Positions 10,755 through 20,013 of a stretch of DNA of 32,000 bases are shown here, in pieces. The stretch comes from Nitratidesulfovibrio vulgaris str. Hildenborough. Lineage in GTDB: Bacteria; Desulfobacterota; Desulfovibrionia; Desulfovibrionales; Desulfovibrionaceae. Below the pieces are notes generated by a model, which saw nothing but the letters and a program-made list of their open reading frames with translations, did not search any database and was not told the DNA's origin. The stretch covers positions 3,360,001-3,392,000 of the forward strand of contig NC_002937.3 in assembly GCF_000195755.1 (NCBI RefSeq), read 5' to 3'. A program made the position numbers and the translations under genes. How positions within the stretch are numbered: position 1 is the stretch's first letter; each line of letters opens with the position of its first letter.

Positions 10755-12035
10755 ATGAGCAGCCTCAAGGACATGTACCGCACCCTGCAACAGGACGACT
10801 TTCCCGAACGCATGACCATCAGCTTCGGCGACCGCACGCTGGTCTACCGCAAGCGCACATGGGTCATCGACGGTGAAGCCAAGGGGCTGCGCTACGGTGA
10901 GAACCCCGACCAGCCCGCAGCCCTCTACGAACTGGCGGAAGGCGGTCTCGAACTGGGTGGCGTCACCTTCAGGGGGCCCGGACAGGGGCTCGTCTCGGCG
11001 CTGACCGAAGAGCACATGGTGCAGGCGGGCAAACACCCCGGCAAGACCAATCTCACGGACGTGGACAACGGCATCAACATGCTGCAGTACCTCACCGCCC
11101 GTCCCGCCGCCATCATCCTCAAGCACAACAACCCCAGCGGGGCCGCGTGGAGTGACGCGGGCATCGCCGACGCCCTCTCCAAGGCGTTCTGGAGCGACCG
11201 CATCGCCGCCTTCGGCGGTGCCGTGGTGCTGAACCGCCCCCTCGACAAGGCTGCGGCCGAACTCATCGCCGCCAACTACTTCGAGGTGGTGGCAGCCCCC
11301 GACTTCGAAGAGGGCGCCCTCGACATCATCAAGGCCCGCAAGAACCTCCGCATCCTGCGCATCCCCGGTCTCGCCCGCCTCGAGGAGGTGCTGGCCGACG
11401 CGCCCTTCCTCGACGTCAAGAGCCTCACCGACGGCGGCATCGTGGTGCAGCACTCGTTCCGCAACCGCATCCGCACCGTGGGCGACTTCCTGCCCGCCAC
11501 CGCCACCAGCAAGGAAGGCGTCACCGTCACCGCACGCGCGCCTTCGAAGCAGGAGGCCGAAGACCTGCTCTTCGCATGGGCTGTCGAGTCGGGCGTCACG
11601 TCCAACTCGGTCATCTTCGTCAAGGACGGCGCCACCGTCTCCATCGGCACGGGTGAACAGGACCGCGTGGGCTGCGTCGAACTCGCCATCCACAAGGCCT
11701 ACACCAAGTACGCCGACGTTCTCGCCTTCCGCGAACAGGGCTGCTCGCTGTACGAACTGAAGCAGAAGGCCGTTGCAGACGCCACGGCAGCCGCCGCGCT
11801 CGCCGACATCGACGAACGCACCCGCGCTGCCAAGGGCGGGCTCATCGGCACCTCGCTCGTCTCTGACGGCTTCTTCCCCTTCCGCGACGGCGTCGACTGC
11901 GCCGTGGCACAGGGTGTCGCCGCCATCGCCCAGCCCGGCGGGTCCATGCGTGACCATGAGGTCATCATGGCCCTCAACGAAGCTACACCGCAGGTGGCCA
12001 TGGTCTTCACCGGCCAGCGGTCGTTCAAGCACTAG
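10755..12035 (+). CDS. purH: AICAR transformylase-type PurH (AICARFT domain only, no MGS-like IMP cyclohydrolase domain)
   Basis: GLRYGENPDQPAALYE, ILKHNNPSGAA, AFGGAVVLNRPLD, SNSVIFVKDGATVSIGTGEQDRV and SDGFFPFRDGVDCAVAQGVAAIAQPGGSMRD...FTGQRSFKH match the C-terminal half of bifunctional PurH. The start is set at ATG 10755 (MSSLKDMY). The ORF-track start at 10488 adds Arg-rich junk. Confidence 0.9.
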   Translation: MSSLKDMYRTLQQDDFPERMTISFGDRTLVYRKRTWVIDGEAKGLRYGENPDQPAALYELAEGGLELGGVTFRGPGQGLVSALTEEHMVQAGKHPGKTNLTDVDNGINMLQYLTARPAAIILKHNNPSGAAWSDAGIADALSKAFWSDRIAAFGGAVVLNRPLDKAAAELIAANYFEVVAAPDFEEGALDIIKARKNLRILRIPGLARLEEVLADAPFLDVKSLTDGGIVVQHSFRNRIRTVGDFLPATATSKEGVTVTARAPSKQEAEDLLFAWAVESGVTSNSVIFVKDGATVSIGTGEQDRVGCVELAIHKAYTKYADVLAFREQGCSLYELKQKAVADATAAAALADIDERTRAAKGGLIGTSLVSDGFFPFRDGVDCAVAQGVAAIAQPGGSMRDHEVIMALNEATPQVAMVFTGQRSFKH

Positions 12036-12043
12036 GCGGGCAG

Positions 12044-14140
12044 ATGGCGACACCTTCGGGCATCGTGCGTTTTCCCGGCGCTGGCTGCGTCGTGGAGTTC
12101 ATGCAGGGCAACCGCCCCCAGATAGCGTGGGTCATGGAGGAACAGGGCGGCCGCCTGCGCCTGTTCCTGCCCAACCGGCGCGAGACGAAGCTCGCCGCGG
12201 CGAGGCTTCTGCCATGGGCAGGGCCGCGTTACGATGGCGAACGCTCGCGTGACGACATGGTGGCGCTGCTCGAAGAGCACCGCCAGCGGCGCGACACCCG
12301 CGAAGCCGACATCCAGCCCCTCGAATTGTGGGAGATGGTACAGGGCGAAGTGGAACAGGCGTCCGTGGAATGGTTCGCCGAACTTCTGGGCGAGACTCCG
12401 GGCGTCGACGAGGTGGCCGCCATGGGCCGGGCACTGCTCGGTTGCAAGACGCACTTCAAGTTCCACCCGCCGGACTTCGAGGTCTACGACGCCGCCAAGG
12501 TCGAAGCGCGCATGGTCGAGATGGAGGCCGCGCGAGTGCGTGAAGCCCTCGTCGAAGCCGGACAGGCCTTCATCAAGGTGCTGTGGGACGTGCATTGCCG
12601 CCGCCGCACCATGCCGCTGCCCTCGTCTTCCGAGATGCCCCCCGCCGAAGTGGCGGAACGTCTCGCCACGCTGCTGCGCACTCGCATGGCCGACCCAGAC
12701 GACCATGACAGCGATTCGGTCTGGAAGCAGGTCACCAAGGGCCTGCCCGACGACGCGCACATGCCGCTGCACCTTGCCGCCGCATGGGGCATCGTGCCAG
12801 TCCACCACAACTTCTGGATGGACAGGGCAGGCTATGCCCCCGGCGACGAGTGGGCCATCGACCACGTGGACGAAATCGACGCACTCATGAAGCGCGTCGA
12901 AGCGCTGCGCGAACCACTCGTGGACGGCACGTTCATCAGCATCGACTCGTCCACCACCCGCGACATCGACGACGCCTTCGACATCTCGCCCTCTCCCGAG
13001 GGAGGGTGGATACTGCGCCTCGTGCTGGCGTCGCCCGTCACAGGGTGGGACTTCGACGGGCCGCTGGACAGGGCCGTCCTGCGCCGTGCCACCAGCATCT
13101 ACCTGCCCGAAAGGTCGCATCACATGATGCCGGAGACGCTGGGGACAGACGCCTACAGCCTTCTCGCAGGTCAGGACAGACCCGCACTGCTGGTCACCTT
13201 CGACATCGCGCCCGACGGGTCACTCCGTTCCACCACCCCCGCCACCGGGTGGGTGCGCCTCGCCGCCAACCTCACCTACACCGAATGTGAGGCATGCCTC
13301 ACCGGAGAGGGCGATGCAGGTCGCGCCGCCCCGCACGCCGACCGCCTCGCGCTGGCGGATGCGCTGGCGAGAGTGCGGCAGCAGTTGCGCGTGGCTGCCG
13401 GTGCCGTGATCATCGAACGCGACGACCCCAAGGTCACCCTCGAAGGCGAGGGCTGCGCCGTGAAGGTGCATGTGGCCCCGCCCGACGAGACCCCGCGCGC
13501 GCAGCTTCTCGTCTCGGAGATGATGATCCTTGCCAACGCCGCCATCGCCTCATGGGGTGCGGAACGTGGCATCACTCTCCTCCACCGCACGCAGGACGTG
13601 GGCATCCCGCGCGAATATGCCGGGGTATGGAACCAGCCGCACGACATCGCACGGGTGGTCAAGGCACTGGCCCCTGCCCACCTCGAACCCGTTGCCAAGC
13701 CCCACGCGGGTATCGCCGTGCCCGCCTACAGTCCCGTGACCTCGCCGTTGCGGCGCTACCCCGACCTTGTCAACGAGGCGCAGGTCATCCATTATCTGAC
13801 CCACGGCACCCCGCGCTGGTCGCGTGAAGAGGTGGAGGCCATGCTGCCGCTTCTCGGTGCGCGTCTTGATGCCGCGGGGCAGGTGCAACGCTTCCGCCCC
13901 CGCTACTGGAAGCTCTTCTACATCCGGCAGCAGGGTGACAAGGCATGGCACGAGGCCGTGGTCACCGAAGAGAACGACGCCTTCGTCACCATCAGCCTGC
14001 CTGAAGTGCAGATTTTCGTGCGGGGCAGACGGTCCACCTTCGGCGACAAGGTCTATCCGGGCCAGCATTTCAATGTACGACTCGGCAAGGTGCATCCGCT
14101 CAACAACGAGATTCAGATAGTGGACGCCATGGAAGGCTAG
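12044..14140 (+). CDS. RNB-domain exoribonuclease (RNase II/R family) with C-terminal S1-like domain
   Basis: 698 aa. The RNB catalytic region SIDSSTTRDIDDAFDI, YLPERSHHMMPE and SPLRRYPDLVNEAQV are present, with a C-terminal S1-like segment. It starts 8 nt after the purH stop. Confidence 0.85.
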   Translation: MATPSGIVRFPGAGCVVEFMQGNRPQIAWVMEEQGGRLRLFLPNRRETKLAAARLLPWAGPRYDGERSRDDMVALLEEHRQRRDTREADIQPLELWEMVQGEVEQASVEWFAELLGETPGVDEVAAMGRALLGCKTHFKFHPPDFEVYDAAKVEARMVEMEAARVREALVEAGQAFIKVLWDVHCRRRTMPLPSSSEMPPAEVAERLATLLRTRMADPDDHDSDSVWKQVTKGLPDDAHMPLHLAAAWGIVPVHHNFWMDRAGYAPGDEWAIDHVDEIDALMKRVEALREPLVDGTFISIDSSTTRDIDDAFDISPSPEGGWILRLVLASPVTGWDFDGPLDRAVLRRATSIYLPERSHHMMPETLGTDAYSLLAGQDRPALLVTFDIAPDGSLRSTTPATGWVRLAANLTYTECEACLTGEGDAGRAAPHADRLALADALARVRQQLRVAAGAVIIERDDPKVTLEGEGCAVKVHVAPPDETPRAQLLVSEMMILANAAIASWGAERGITLLHRTQDVGIPREYAGVWNQPHDIARVVKALAPAHLEPVAKPHAGIAVPAYSPVTSPLRRYPDLVNEAQVIHYLTHGTPRWSREEVEAMLPLLGARLDAAGQVQRFRPRYWKLFYIRQQGDKAWHEAVVTEENDAFVTISLPEVQIFVRGRRSTFGDKVYPGQHFNVRLGKVHPLNNEIQIVDAMEG

Positions 14141-14161
14141 GCGTCGCCACAAGGAGGAAAC

Positions 14162-15145
14162 ATGGGTTCGCTGCTCTGGCTCGCCGTCGCCTACGTGATG
14201 GGCTCCATCCCGTTCGGTCTGCTCTTCGCCAAGATGTTCTGCGGCACCGACCCCCGCACGGGCGGCAGCCGCAACGTGGGAGCCACCAACGTCGCACGGC
14301 TGTGCGGCACGAAGGTGGGCGTGCTCACCCTCGTGTGTGACGCCCTCAAGGGCGCCATCCCCGTGGCCGTGGCCCTCTCCATCAGTGATTCCACCGTCTT
14401 TCACAGCCTCACGGCTCTCGCCGCGCTGCTGGGCCATCTCTACTCGTGCTTCTTGAGTTTCAAGGGCGGCAAGGCCGTCGCCACCACCGTGGGCGTGTTC
14501 CTGCCGCTGGCCTTCTGGCCGCTGGTGCTCTCCGGCATCGCCTGCCTCGCCGTCATCTGGCGGTCGGGATTCGTCTCGCTGGGTTCCCTCACGCTGGTCA
14601 CGGCCATGCCCGCCATGCTGCTTCTGGGTGGTCACTGGAAGCTTGTACCGCTTGCACTTGTCGTCATGGTGCTCGTGTACTGGAGTCACCGCGAGAACAT
14701 AGGCCGCCTCTCGCGCGGCGAAGAGAAGCCGTGGCAGAAGAAGCACCACGACGCCGCGCAGGGGACGGACGCCGGGGCTGCGCCTGAAGCCGCCGCCGAT
14801 GCCGCCCACGCCGGCACGGTGGACTGCGGCTGCGATTGCGGCTGCGATGCGCACAAGCCCTCCACAGAAGCCGCACCGTCACAAGAGACGTCCGACGCCT
14901 CCGCGCACGGGGCCGAAGCCCCCGTCGCTGCCGATGAAGGCGACAAGCGCGAGAACGAGGAGCACGACAACGCCCCCGAAGCCAGCGCGGCCGAAAGCAA
15001 GCCAGAGGACAAGCCTGCGGGCAAAACGGTCGGCAAGCCTGCCAGCAGGTCCGTGGCAAAGCCTGCCAGCAAGTCTGCGGGCAAAACGGGTGGCAAGGCT
15101 GCGGACAAGTCCGCAGGCAAATCGGGCAAATCGTCCGGCCAGTAG
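14162..15145 (+). CDS. plsY: glycerol-3-phosphate acyltransferase PlsY with an unusual C-terminal extension of about 130 aa
   Basis: Strong RBS aaggagg precedes the ATG at 14162. [39 protein letters not shown] and HRENIGRL are the PlsY motifs, all within the first ~195 aa. The rest is low complexity. Confidence 0.9.
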   Translation: MGSLLWLAVAYVMGSIPFGLLFAKMFCGTDPRTGGSRNVGATNVARLCGTKVGVLTLVCDALKGAIPVAVALSISDSTVFHSLTALAALLGHLYSCFLSFKGGKAVATTVGVFLPLAFWPLVLSGIACLAVIWRSGFVSLGSLTLVTAMPAMLLLGGHWKLVPLALVVMVLVYWSHRENIGRLSRGEEKPWQKKHHDAAQGTDAGAAPEAAADAAHAGTVDCGCDCGCDAHKPSTEAAPSQETSDASAHGAEAPVAADEGDKRENEEHDNAPEASAAESKPEDKPAGKTVGKPASRSVAKPASKSAGKTGGKAADKSAGKSGKSSGQ

Positions 15146-15277
15146 GCCGGCAGCAGCCCGGCCTGAAGTCCGTCAGGCATTACGGGCCCCCCTGCGTGCG
15201 CCCGCACTTGAAGCAACGCGACGCCCGCCGCAAGACCGGTGCGCCGCTGTACGGCAACATACGTTACGGAGTAAACC

Positions 15278-16726
15278 ATGCCCTCCTGTGATTTTCCCGG
15301 CTGGCGCAGCCGGATGGAATATGTCTGCCTCGGATGCGGGGCACGGCACTCCATAGACGAACTGCTCTACACCTGCCCCTCGTGCGGCGGGGTCTTCCTG
15401 CTTGAAGACCTCGACTTCGACCACCTCGCCGACCACCGTAGCGGCGACGACTGGCGCACGCTCTTCGACTCCCGGGCATCCACCCGGTGCCGTTCGCTGC
15501 GCGGCATCTTCCGCTTCTATGAATTGATGGCCCCCGTCCTTGAAGAGGACGACATCATCTATCTTGGCGAAGGCAATACGCCGGTGGTGGATGCCTCGCC
15601 CGCCCTCGAAAGAAGCGTCGGGCAGCGTTTCGCCTACAAGAACGACGGCCAGAACCCCAGTGCATCGTTCAAGGACAGGGGCATGGCCTGCGCCTTCAGC
15701 TACCTGCGCGCACTGGTACGCAAGCACGGCTGGGACGAGGTGCTCACCATCTGCGCCTCCACGGGTGACACGTCCGCCGCAGCGGCCCTGTACGCCTCGT
15801 ATGTGGGTTCCCCCATCAAGTCGGCGGTCATCCTGCCCCACGGCAAGGTCACCCCGCAGCAGCTTTCGCAGCCTCTTGGCAGCGGGGCCACGGTGCTCGA
15901 GATTCCCGGCGTGTTCGACGACTGCATGAAAGTGGTCGAGCACCTTGCCGAGAACTACCGCGTCGCCCTGCTCAACTCCAAGAACAGCTGGCGCATCCTC
16001 GGGCAGGAGTCGTACGCCTTCGAAGTGGCCCAGTGGTACGGCTGGGACATGGCGGGCAAGTGCGTCTTCGTGCCCATCGGCAACGCAGGCAACATCACCG
16101 CTGTCATGTCGGGCTTTCTCAAGATGCACCGTCTTGGCATCATCGACGCCCTTCCGCGCGTCTTCGGGGTGCAGTCGCACCACGCCGACCCCGTCTACCG
16201 CTACTACAGCGTCGAAGACCCCAGGCAGCGCCACTACGAACCCGTCACCGTCCAGCCCAGCGTGGCGCAGGCGGCAATGATCGGAAACCCCGTGTCCTTC
16301 CCCCGCGTGAGGCACCTCGCCGAACGGTTCGAGGCCCTCGGCGGCCCCGGTGCCTTCCAGGTGGTGCAGGTGACGGAACAGGCCATCATGGATTCCATGA
16401 TCCGCGCCAACCGCCATGGGCACATCGCCTGCACGCAGGGTGGCGAGTGCCTTGCGGGACTTCTGCGCGCCAAGGAACTGGGTCTTGTCGACAAGGACGA
16501 GACGGCGGTGCTCGACGCCACGGCACACAGCCTCAAGTTCTCGGGCTTTCAGGACATGTACTTCACCAATGGTTTTCCGCCCGCCTATGGCGTCACGCCC
16601 GACGCCACTCTCGGCAACGCGCCCTCGCTGGTGCTGCACGATGAGGACAAGGTGGCACTGGCTGAAAAGTACACCGTCGAAGCGGCCCAGCGCATCGCGG
16701 CGAAGCTTGGACTGGCTGGCAAGTAG
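15278..16726 (+). CDS. thrC: threonine synthase (long form with N-terminal zinc ribbon)
   Basis: RBS ggag lies 6 nt before the ATG at 15278. The N-terminal motif is CLGCGARHSIDELLYTCPSCGG. The PLP lysine motif NPSASFKDRGMA, ICASTGDTSAAAA and PIGNAGNITA are present. Confidence 0.9.
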   Translation: MPSCDFPGWRSRMEYVCLGCGARHSIDELLYTCPSCGGVFLLEDLDFDHLADHRSGDDWRTLFDSRASTRCRSLRGIFRFYELMAPVLEEDDIIYLGEGNTPVVDASPALERSVGQRFAYKNDGQNPSASFKDRGMACAFSYLRALVRKHGWDEVLTICASTGDTSAAAALYASYVGSPIKSAVILPHGKVTPQQLSQPLGSGATVLEIPGVFDDCMKVVEHLAENYRVALLNSKNSWRILGQESYAFEVAQWYGWDMAGKCVFVPIGNAGNITAVMSGFLKMHRLGIIDALPRVFGVQSHHADPVYRYYSVEDPRQRHYEPVTVQPSVAQAAMIGNPVSFPRVRHLAERFEALGGPGAFQVVQVTEQAIMDSMIRANRHGHIACTQGGECLAGLLRAKELGLVDKDETAVLDATAHSLKFSGFQDMYFTNGFPPAYGVTPDATLGNAPSLVLHDEDKVALAEKYTVEAAQRIAAKLGLAGK

Positions 16727-16753
16727 TCAGCCTCGCACACAACGACCTTGCAC

Positions 16754-16786
16754 GAAGGCCGGAGCATGTTCGCTGCTCCGGCCTTC
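16754..16786 (+). terminator. stem-loop terminator after thrC
   Basis: 13-bp perfect stem gaaggccggagca (16754-16766) / tgctccggccttc (16774-16786), 7-nt loop, 28 nt after the thrC stop. The T-tract is weak (tgtcattt). Confidence 0.55.
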
Positions 16787-16976
16787 TGTCATTTGCCGCA
16801 ACACACATCCAACACCTTGCCATCGCAGCACAAAAAAACATCACCTTCTTTAACGGCATGTTACATTCACAGGATAAGAAGATGGCAACAGAGCTAATCA
16901 GACGCATCAATCGTTACGGTACATTGCATCATGTTTGATGAGACAGTCGGCACACTGCAAAAAGATTGCATCCATA

Positions 16977-17005
16977 TGGACACAGACGACGCACTGCGTT
17001 ATGTT
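16977..17005 (+). promoter_or_regulatory. weak sigma-70-like promoter candidate inside the thrC-nox gene-free region
   Basis: TGGACA (16977-16982), 17-nt spacer, TATGTT (17000-17005). It is only one of several possible matches in the AT-richer patch 16800-17010. Confidence 0.2.
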
Positions 17006-17285
17006 TAGGCCGTATCCATTTCACGGCCGCTGCGAGTGCCGCCGGATTTGGTGCAGGAGTGCGATGCGTCGGAAGCATCGCCACAACGGTGTCGGAGTGC
17101 GCAAGAGGTCTTCAGGCTGCGCCTGAGGCAGCCGGGACAGGGCCACTTGGTGGCAGGGAAAGCACGAAGACGAGGCAGTGTTCAGAAGGACAATGGCGGA
17201 GGGTATAGCCTCTGGTGGAAACAGGATCCCATAACGGCAAAGCGAGTTGCCCATGACCGATGGGGAAACCATTGTAAACCCCTAG

Positions 17286-17353
17286 AAGGCGTGCAAAACC
17301 GTTCCACGCATCAGCTGGACGCCGCCGTACATCCGGCACTGCACGCCTTTTTT
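17286..17353 (+). terminator. stem plus T6 element (candidate end of an unannotated transcript)
   Basis: aaggcgtgca (17286-17295) pairs with tgcacgcctt (17340-17349), enclosing 44 nt, and is followed by a T6 run (17348-17353). It is non-canonical because the enclosed loop is large. Confidence 0.3.
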
Positions 17354-17403
17354 CACGCCCTTTGACCACGCCAGCACGACACGACCGCCCCGGTCGCCAC
17401 ACT

Positions 17404-17421
17404 GCCCGAAAGGGCTTTTTT
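17404..17421 (+). terminator. short GNRA hairpin plus T6 (weak intrinsic-terminator candidate)
   Basis: gccc-gaaa-gggc (17404-17415) is followed by tttttt (17416-17421). The stem is only 4 bp. Confidence 0.3.
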
Positions 17422-17698
17422 CGTTTGCGCAACAGACCTCAACGCACAACGGTACAGGCACCGTCTCCACTACGTAAAAACGACGACAGGGACAATGTCA
17501 GTGGACACAGACCTTGCGAAAAGCCCGGCATGGGTGTAAATCCTACTCCGAAAGTATGCTTTCAGATGCTTGACGCTCACCAAAGCGTAAGGCACTCAAC
17601 CTACCGGCACAGCTGGCGTATGCCAGCCACGCACCCGTAACGGGCCAAAGCACCCCACCTGCTTTCGCCGCCCCAACGCCGCATCTCTGGAGGAACCC

Positions 17699-19408
17699 AT
17701 GCCGAAGCATGTCGTCGTCATCGGCGCAGTGGCCCTCGGGCCCAAGGCCGCCTGCCGCTTCAAACGTCTCGACCCCGAAGCCCACGTCACCATGATCGAC
17801 CAGGCATCGCGCATCTCTTACGGCGGTTGCGGCATCCCCTACTACGTGTCCGGAGAGGTGAGCAACATCGAGTCGTTGCAGGCCACACCCTACAACGTGG
17901 TTCGCGACCCCGAGTTCTTCCGCATCAACAAGGACGTGGAGGCACTGGTCGAGACCCGCGCCCATGCCATCGACCGGGCCGCCCATACGGTGGAGATCGA
18001 GAACCTGCGCACGGGTGAACGCCGCACCCTCAAATACGACAAGCTGGTGCTCGCCCTCGGCAGCAAAGCCAACAGGCCTCCTGTCGAAGGCATGGACCTT
18101 GCCGGGGTCACTCCCGTCACCAACCTCGACGAAGCCGAGTTCGTGCAACACGCCATCTCCGCCGGAGAGGTCTCCAAGGCCGTCATCGTGGGCGGCGGCT
18201 TCATCGGCCTTGAAATGGCCGTGAGCCTTGCCGACATGTGGGGCATCGACACCACCGTGGTGGAACTCGCCGACCAGATCATGCCGGGCTTCACGTCAAA
18301 GTCGCTTTCGCAGATGCTGCGCCACGACCTTGAGAAGAACGACGTCGTCGTGCACACCGGCGAGAAGGTCGTCCGCCTTGAAGGCGAGAACGGCAAGGTC
18401 GCCCGCGTGATCACCGACAAGCGCACCCTCGACGCCGACCTCGTCATCCTTGCCGCCGGGGTATCGCCCAACACCCAACTGGCACGCGACGCCGGACTCG
18501 AACTCGACCCCCGCGGCGCCATCATCGTCGACACCCGCATGCGCACCTCCGACCCCGACATCTTCGCCGGGGGCGACTGCGTCACCATACCCAACCTCGT
18601 CACGGGCAAGCCCGGCTTCTTCCCGCTGGGTTCCATGGCCAACCGTCAGGGGCGTGTCATCGGCACCAACCTCGCAGATGGTGACGCCACCTTCCCCGGC
18701 GCCGTGGGCAGCTGGGCCGTGAAGCTCTTCGAGGGCTCCGCCTCCGGTGCGGGCCTTACGGTCGAAGGCGCGCTTCGCGAAGGGTATGACGCCGTCAACG
18801 TGCACGTGGAACAGTTCGACCGCGCCCATTTCTACCCCGAAAAGACCATCATGACCCTGCAACTGGTGGTGGACAGGCCCACCCGCCGTGTGCTCGGCAT
18901 TCAGGGGTTCTCGACACTTGGCGATGCTCTCACGGCACGCATCAATGCCGTGGCGACCATGCTGGCTTCAAAGCCCACCGTCGAGGACATCAGCAACGCC
19001 GAAGTGGTCTACTCGCCGCCCTTCGCCTCTGCCATGGACATCGTCAACGTGGCGGGCAACGTGGCAGACAACGTGCTGGCGGGCCGCTGCCGTCTCGTGG
19101 GCACGGAAGAGTTCGTCCAGCTGTGGGAAGGCCGCAAGGATGCCGACATATGCTTCGTCGACACGCGCCTTGCCGCCAACGCCGTCCCGCTGGTGGAGAA
19201 ATACGGTGATGAATGGATCAACATCCCCGAAGAGGAACTCGCCGCCCGCATCGACGAAATCCCGCGTGACAAGACCGTCATGCTGGTGTGCAACACCGGT
19301 CTGCGTTCCTTCGAGTCGCAACTCATCCTCGACAGACTCGGCCTGACCAACACCAAGAGTGTTGCCGGGGGCATGGTCGCCATCCACAAGATTGGCGGCG
19401 ATATCTAG
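17699..19408 (+). CDS. FAD-dependent pyridine nucleotide-disulfide oxidoreductase (NADH oxidase / CoA-disulfide reductase family) fused to a C-terminal rhodanese domain
   Basis: RBS ggagg precedes the ATG at 17699. The dinucleotide fold VVVIGAVALGPKAA, single redox Cys motif YGGCGIPYY, second Rossmann VIVGGGFIGLEMA and GDCV are present. The C-terminal rhodanese loop is MLVCNTGLRS. Confidence 0.85.
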   Translation: MPKHVVVIGAVALGPKAACRFKRLDPEAHVTMIDQASRISYGGCGIPYYVSGEVSNIESLQATPYNVVRDPEFFRINKDVEALVETRAHAIDRAAHTVEIENLRTGERRTLKYDKLVLALGSKANRPPVEGMDLAGVTPVTNLDEAEFVQHAISAGEVSKAVIVGGGFIGLEMAVSLADMWGIDTTVVELADQIMPGFTSKSLSQMLRHDLEKNDVVVHTGEKVVRLEGENGKVARVITDKRTLDADLVILAAGVSPNTQLARDAGLELDPRGAIIVDTRMRTSDPDIFAGGDCVTIPNLVTGKPGFFPLGSMANRQGRVIGTNLADGDATFPGAVGSWAVKLFEGSASGAGLTVEGALREGYDAVNVHVEQFDRAHFYPEKTIMTLQLVVDRPTRRVLGIQGFSTLGDALTARINAVATMLASKPTVEDISNAEVVYSPPFASAMDIVNVAGNVADNVLAGRCRLVGTEEFVQLWEGRKDADICFVDTRLAANAVPLVEKYGDEWINIPEEELAARIDEIPRDKTVMLVCNTGLRSFESQLILDRLGLTNTKSVAGGMVAIHKIGGDI

Positions 19409-19584
19409 CCGAAATCTGTACGACGTAGGCAACGGGCTGGCAGACAGCCCTGCAGACGTGCGGCCAGCGGCCACAGGCGCCTTGCGCCTCCTGCGAAGGA
19501 CAACCGTCGGAGACCTCCGGGGCACTGCGCCCAGACATGCGCGGCAGTGACGACGACGCAGGAACACTGGCAGACCCCAGACAG

Positions 19585-19617
19585 ATGACAACGAGGCGGG
19601 TGTGCGCGATAGCGCAT
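19585..19617 (+). terminator. rho-independent terminator downstream of nox
   Basis: 13-bp stem ggcgggtgtgcgc (19585-19597) / gcgcatacccgcc (19602-19614) with one G-U pair, loop gata, followed by ttt (19615-19617). Confidence 0.6.
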
Positions 19618-19643
19618 ACCCGCCTTTGCCTTGGGCGTACACG

Positions 19644-19661
19644 CCTCTGCGTTGGCGCATC
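19644..19661. promoter_or_regulatory. perfect 18-bp palindrome, candidate operator
   Basis: ggcgcatca|tgatgcgcc is exactly self-complementary. It lies about 135 bp upstream of the small ORF at 19795. Confidence 0.3.
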
Positions 19662-19794
19662 ATGATGCGCCGCCGGGCAGCCACAGGAAGGCACGTTACG
19701 CAGTGTTGCCAGCCCCCCTGTATCAGGCATGGACAGACGGGCACGACACGCCTATGGGAAAGACTGGCGGGTCACCTCAACGCCGGGGATTCTC

Positions 19795-20013
19795 ATGGAA
19801 GACGATGCCGGTTACATCGCCATGCTCGAACGTCAGATGGACGAGACCATGCAACGCCTTGCCGACGCATGCCGGGATGAGTTGGGGACTGCCTCGTGCG
19901 AGGCGGCAGAACACATCGCGGAGAGTGCGCGTTCCACCTACGAGGAAGAATGGGCGAAGGTCGCCGGGCTTGTACGACGACGGCGGGCACGCCGCCGCCC
20001 CGGGAGTGTGTAG
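19795..20013 (+). CDS. small hypothetical protein (72 aa, acidic helical body, Arg-rich tail)
   Basis: The ATG at 19795 gives MEDDAGYIAMLERQMDETMQRLADACRDEL...EEEWAKVAGLVRRRRARRRPGSV. This is the only ORF in the 870-bp gap with protein-like composition. I recognise no family. Confidence 0.35.
   Translation: MEDDAGYIAMLERQMDETMQRLADACRDELGTASCEAAEHIAESARSTYEEEWAKVAGLVRRRRARRRPGSV

Noticed and set aside
17100-17360. Match to known structured RNAs (RNase P, tmRNA, 6S, cobalamin, c-di-GMP-I, fluoride riboswitches).
   Set aside because: Only isolated short coincidences were seen (cagggaaagc, acggcaaagc, aaaccattg). None of the required conserved cores appears in the right order. A covariance-model scan is needed for a real answer.
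17036-17365. 109-aa ORF (+) and other ORFs of 60-106 aa within the thrC-nox gap, plus a 10-codon mini-ORF at 17253-17285.
   Set aside because: The composition is not protein-like (Arg/His/Cys/Trp-rich, no hydrophobic periodicity). There is no RBS. The 109-aa ORF runs through the T6 element rather than ending before it.
17502-17517. Sigma-54-like promoter TGGACACAGACCTTGC upstream of nox. Similar near-matches occur at 25345-25360 (TGGCACACCGCCATGC, + strand) and 26215-26232 (TTGGTGTCCCCACATGCT, - strand).
   Set aside because: In all three the GG-to-GC spacing is one base too long (13 instead of 12 from G to G). Sigma-54 promoters do not tolerate spacing changes. The 25345 site also points into the 3' end of a gene.
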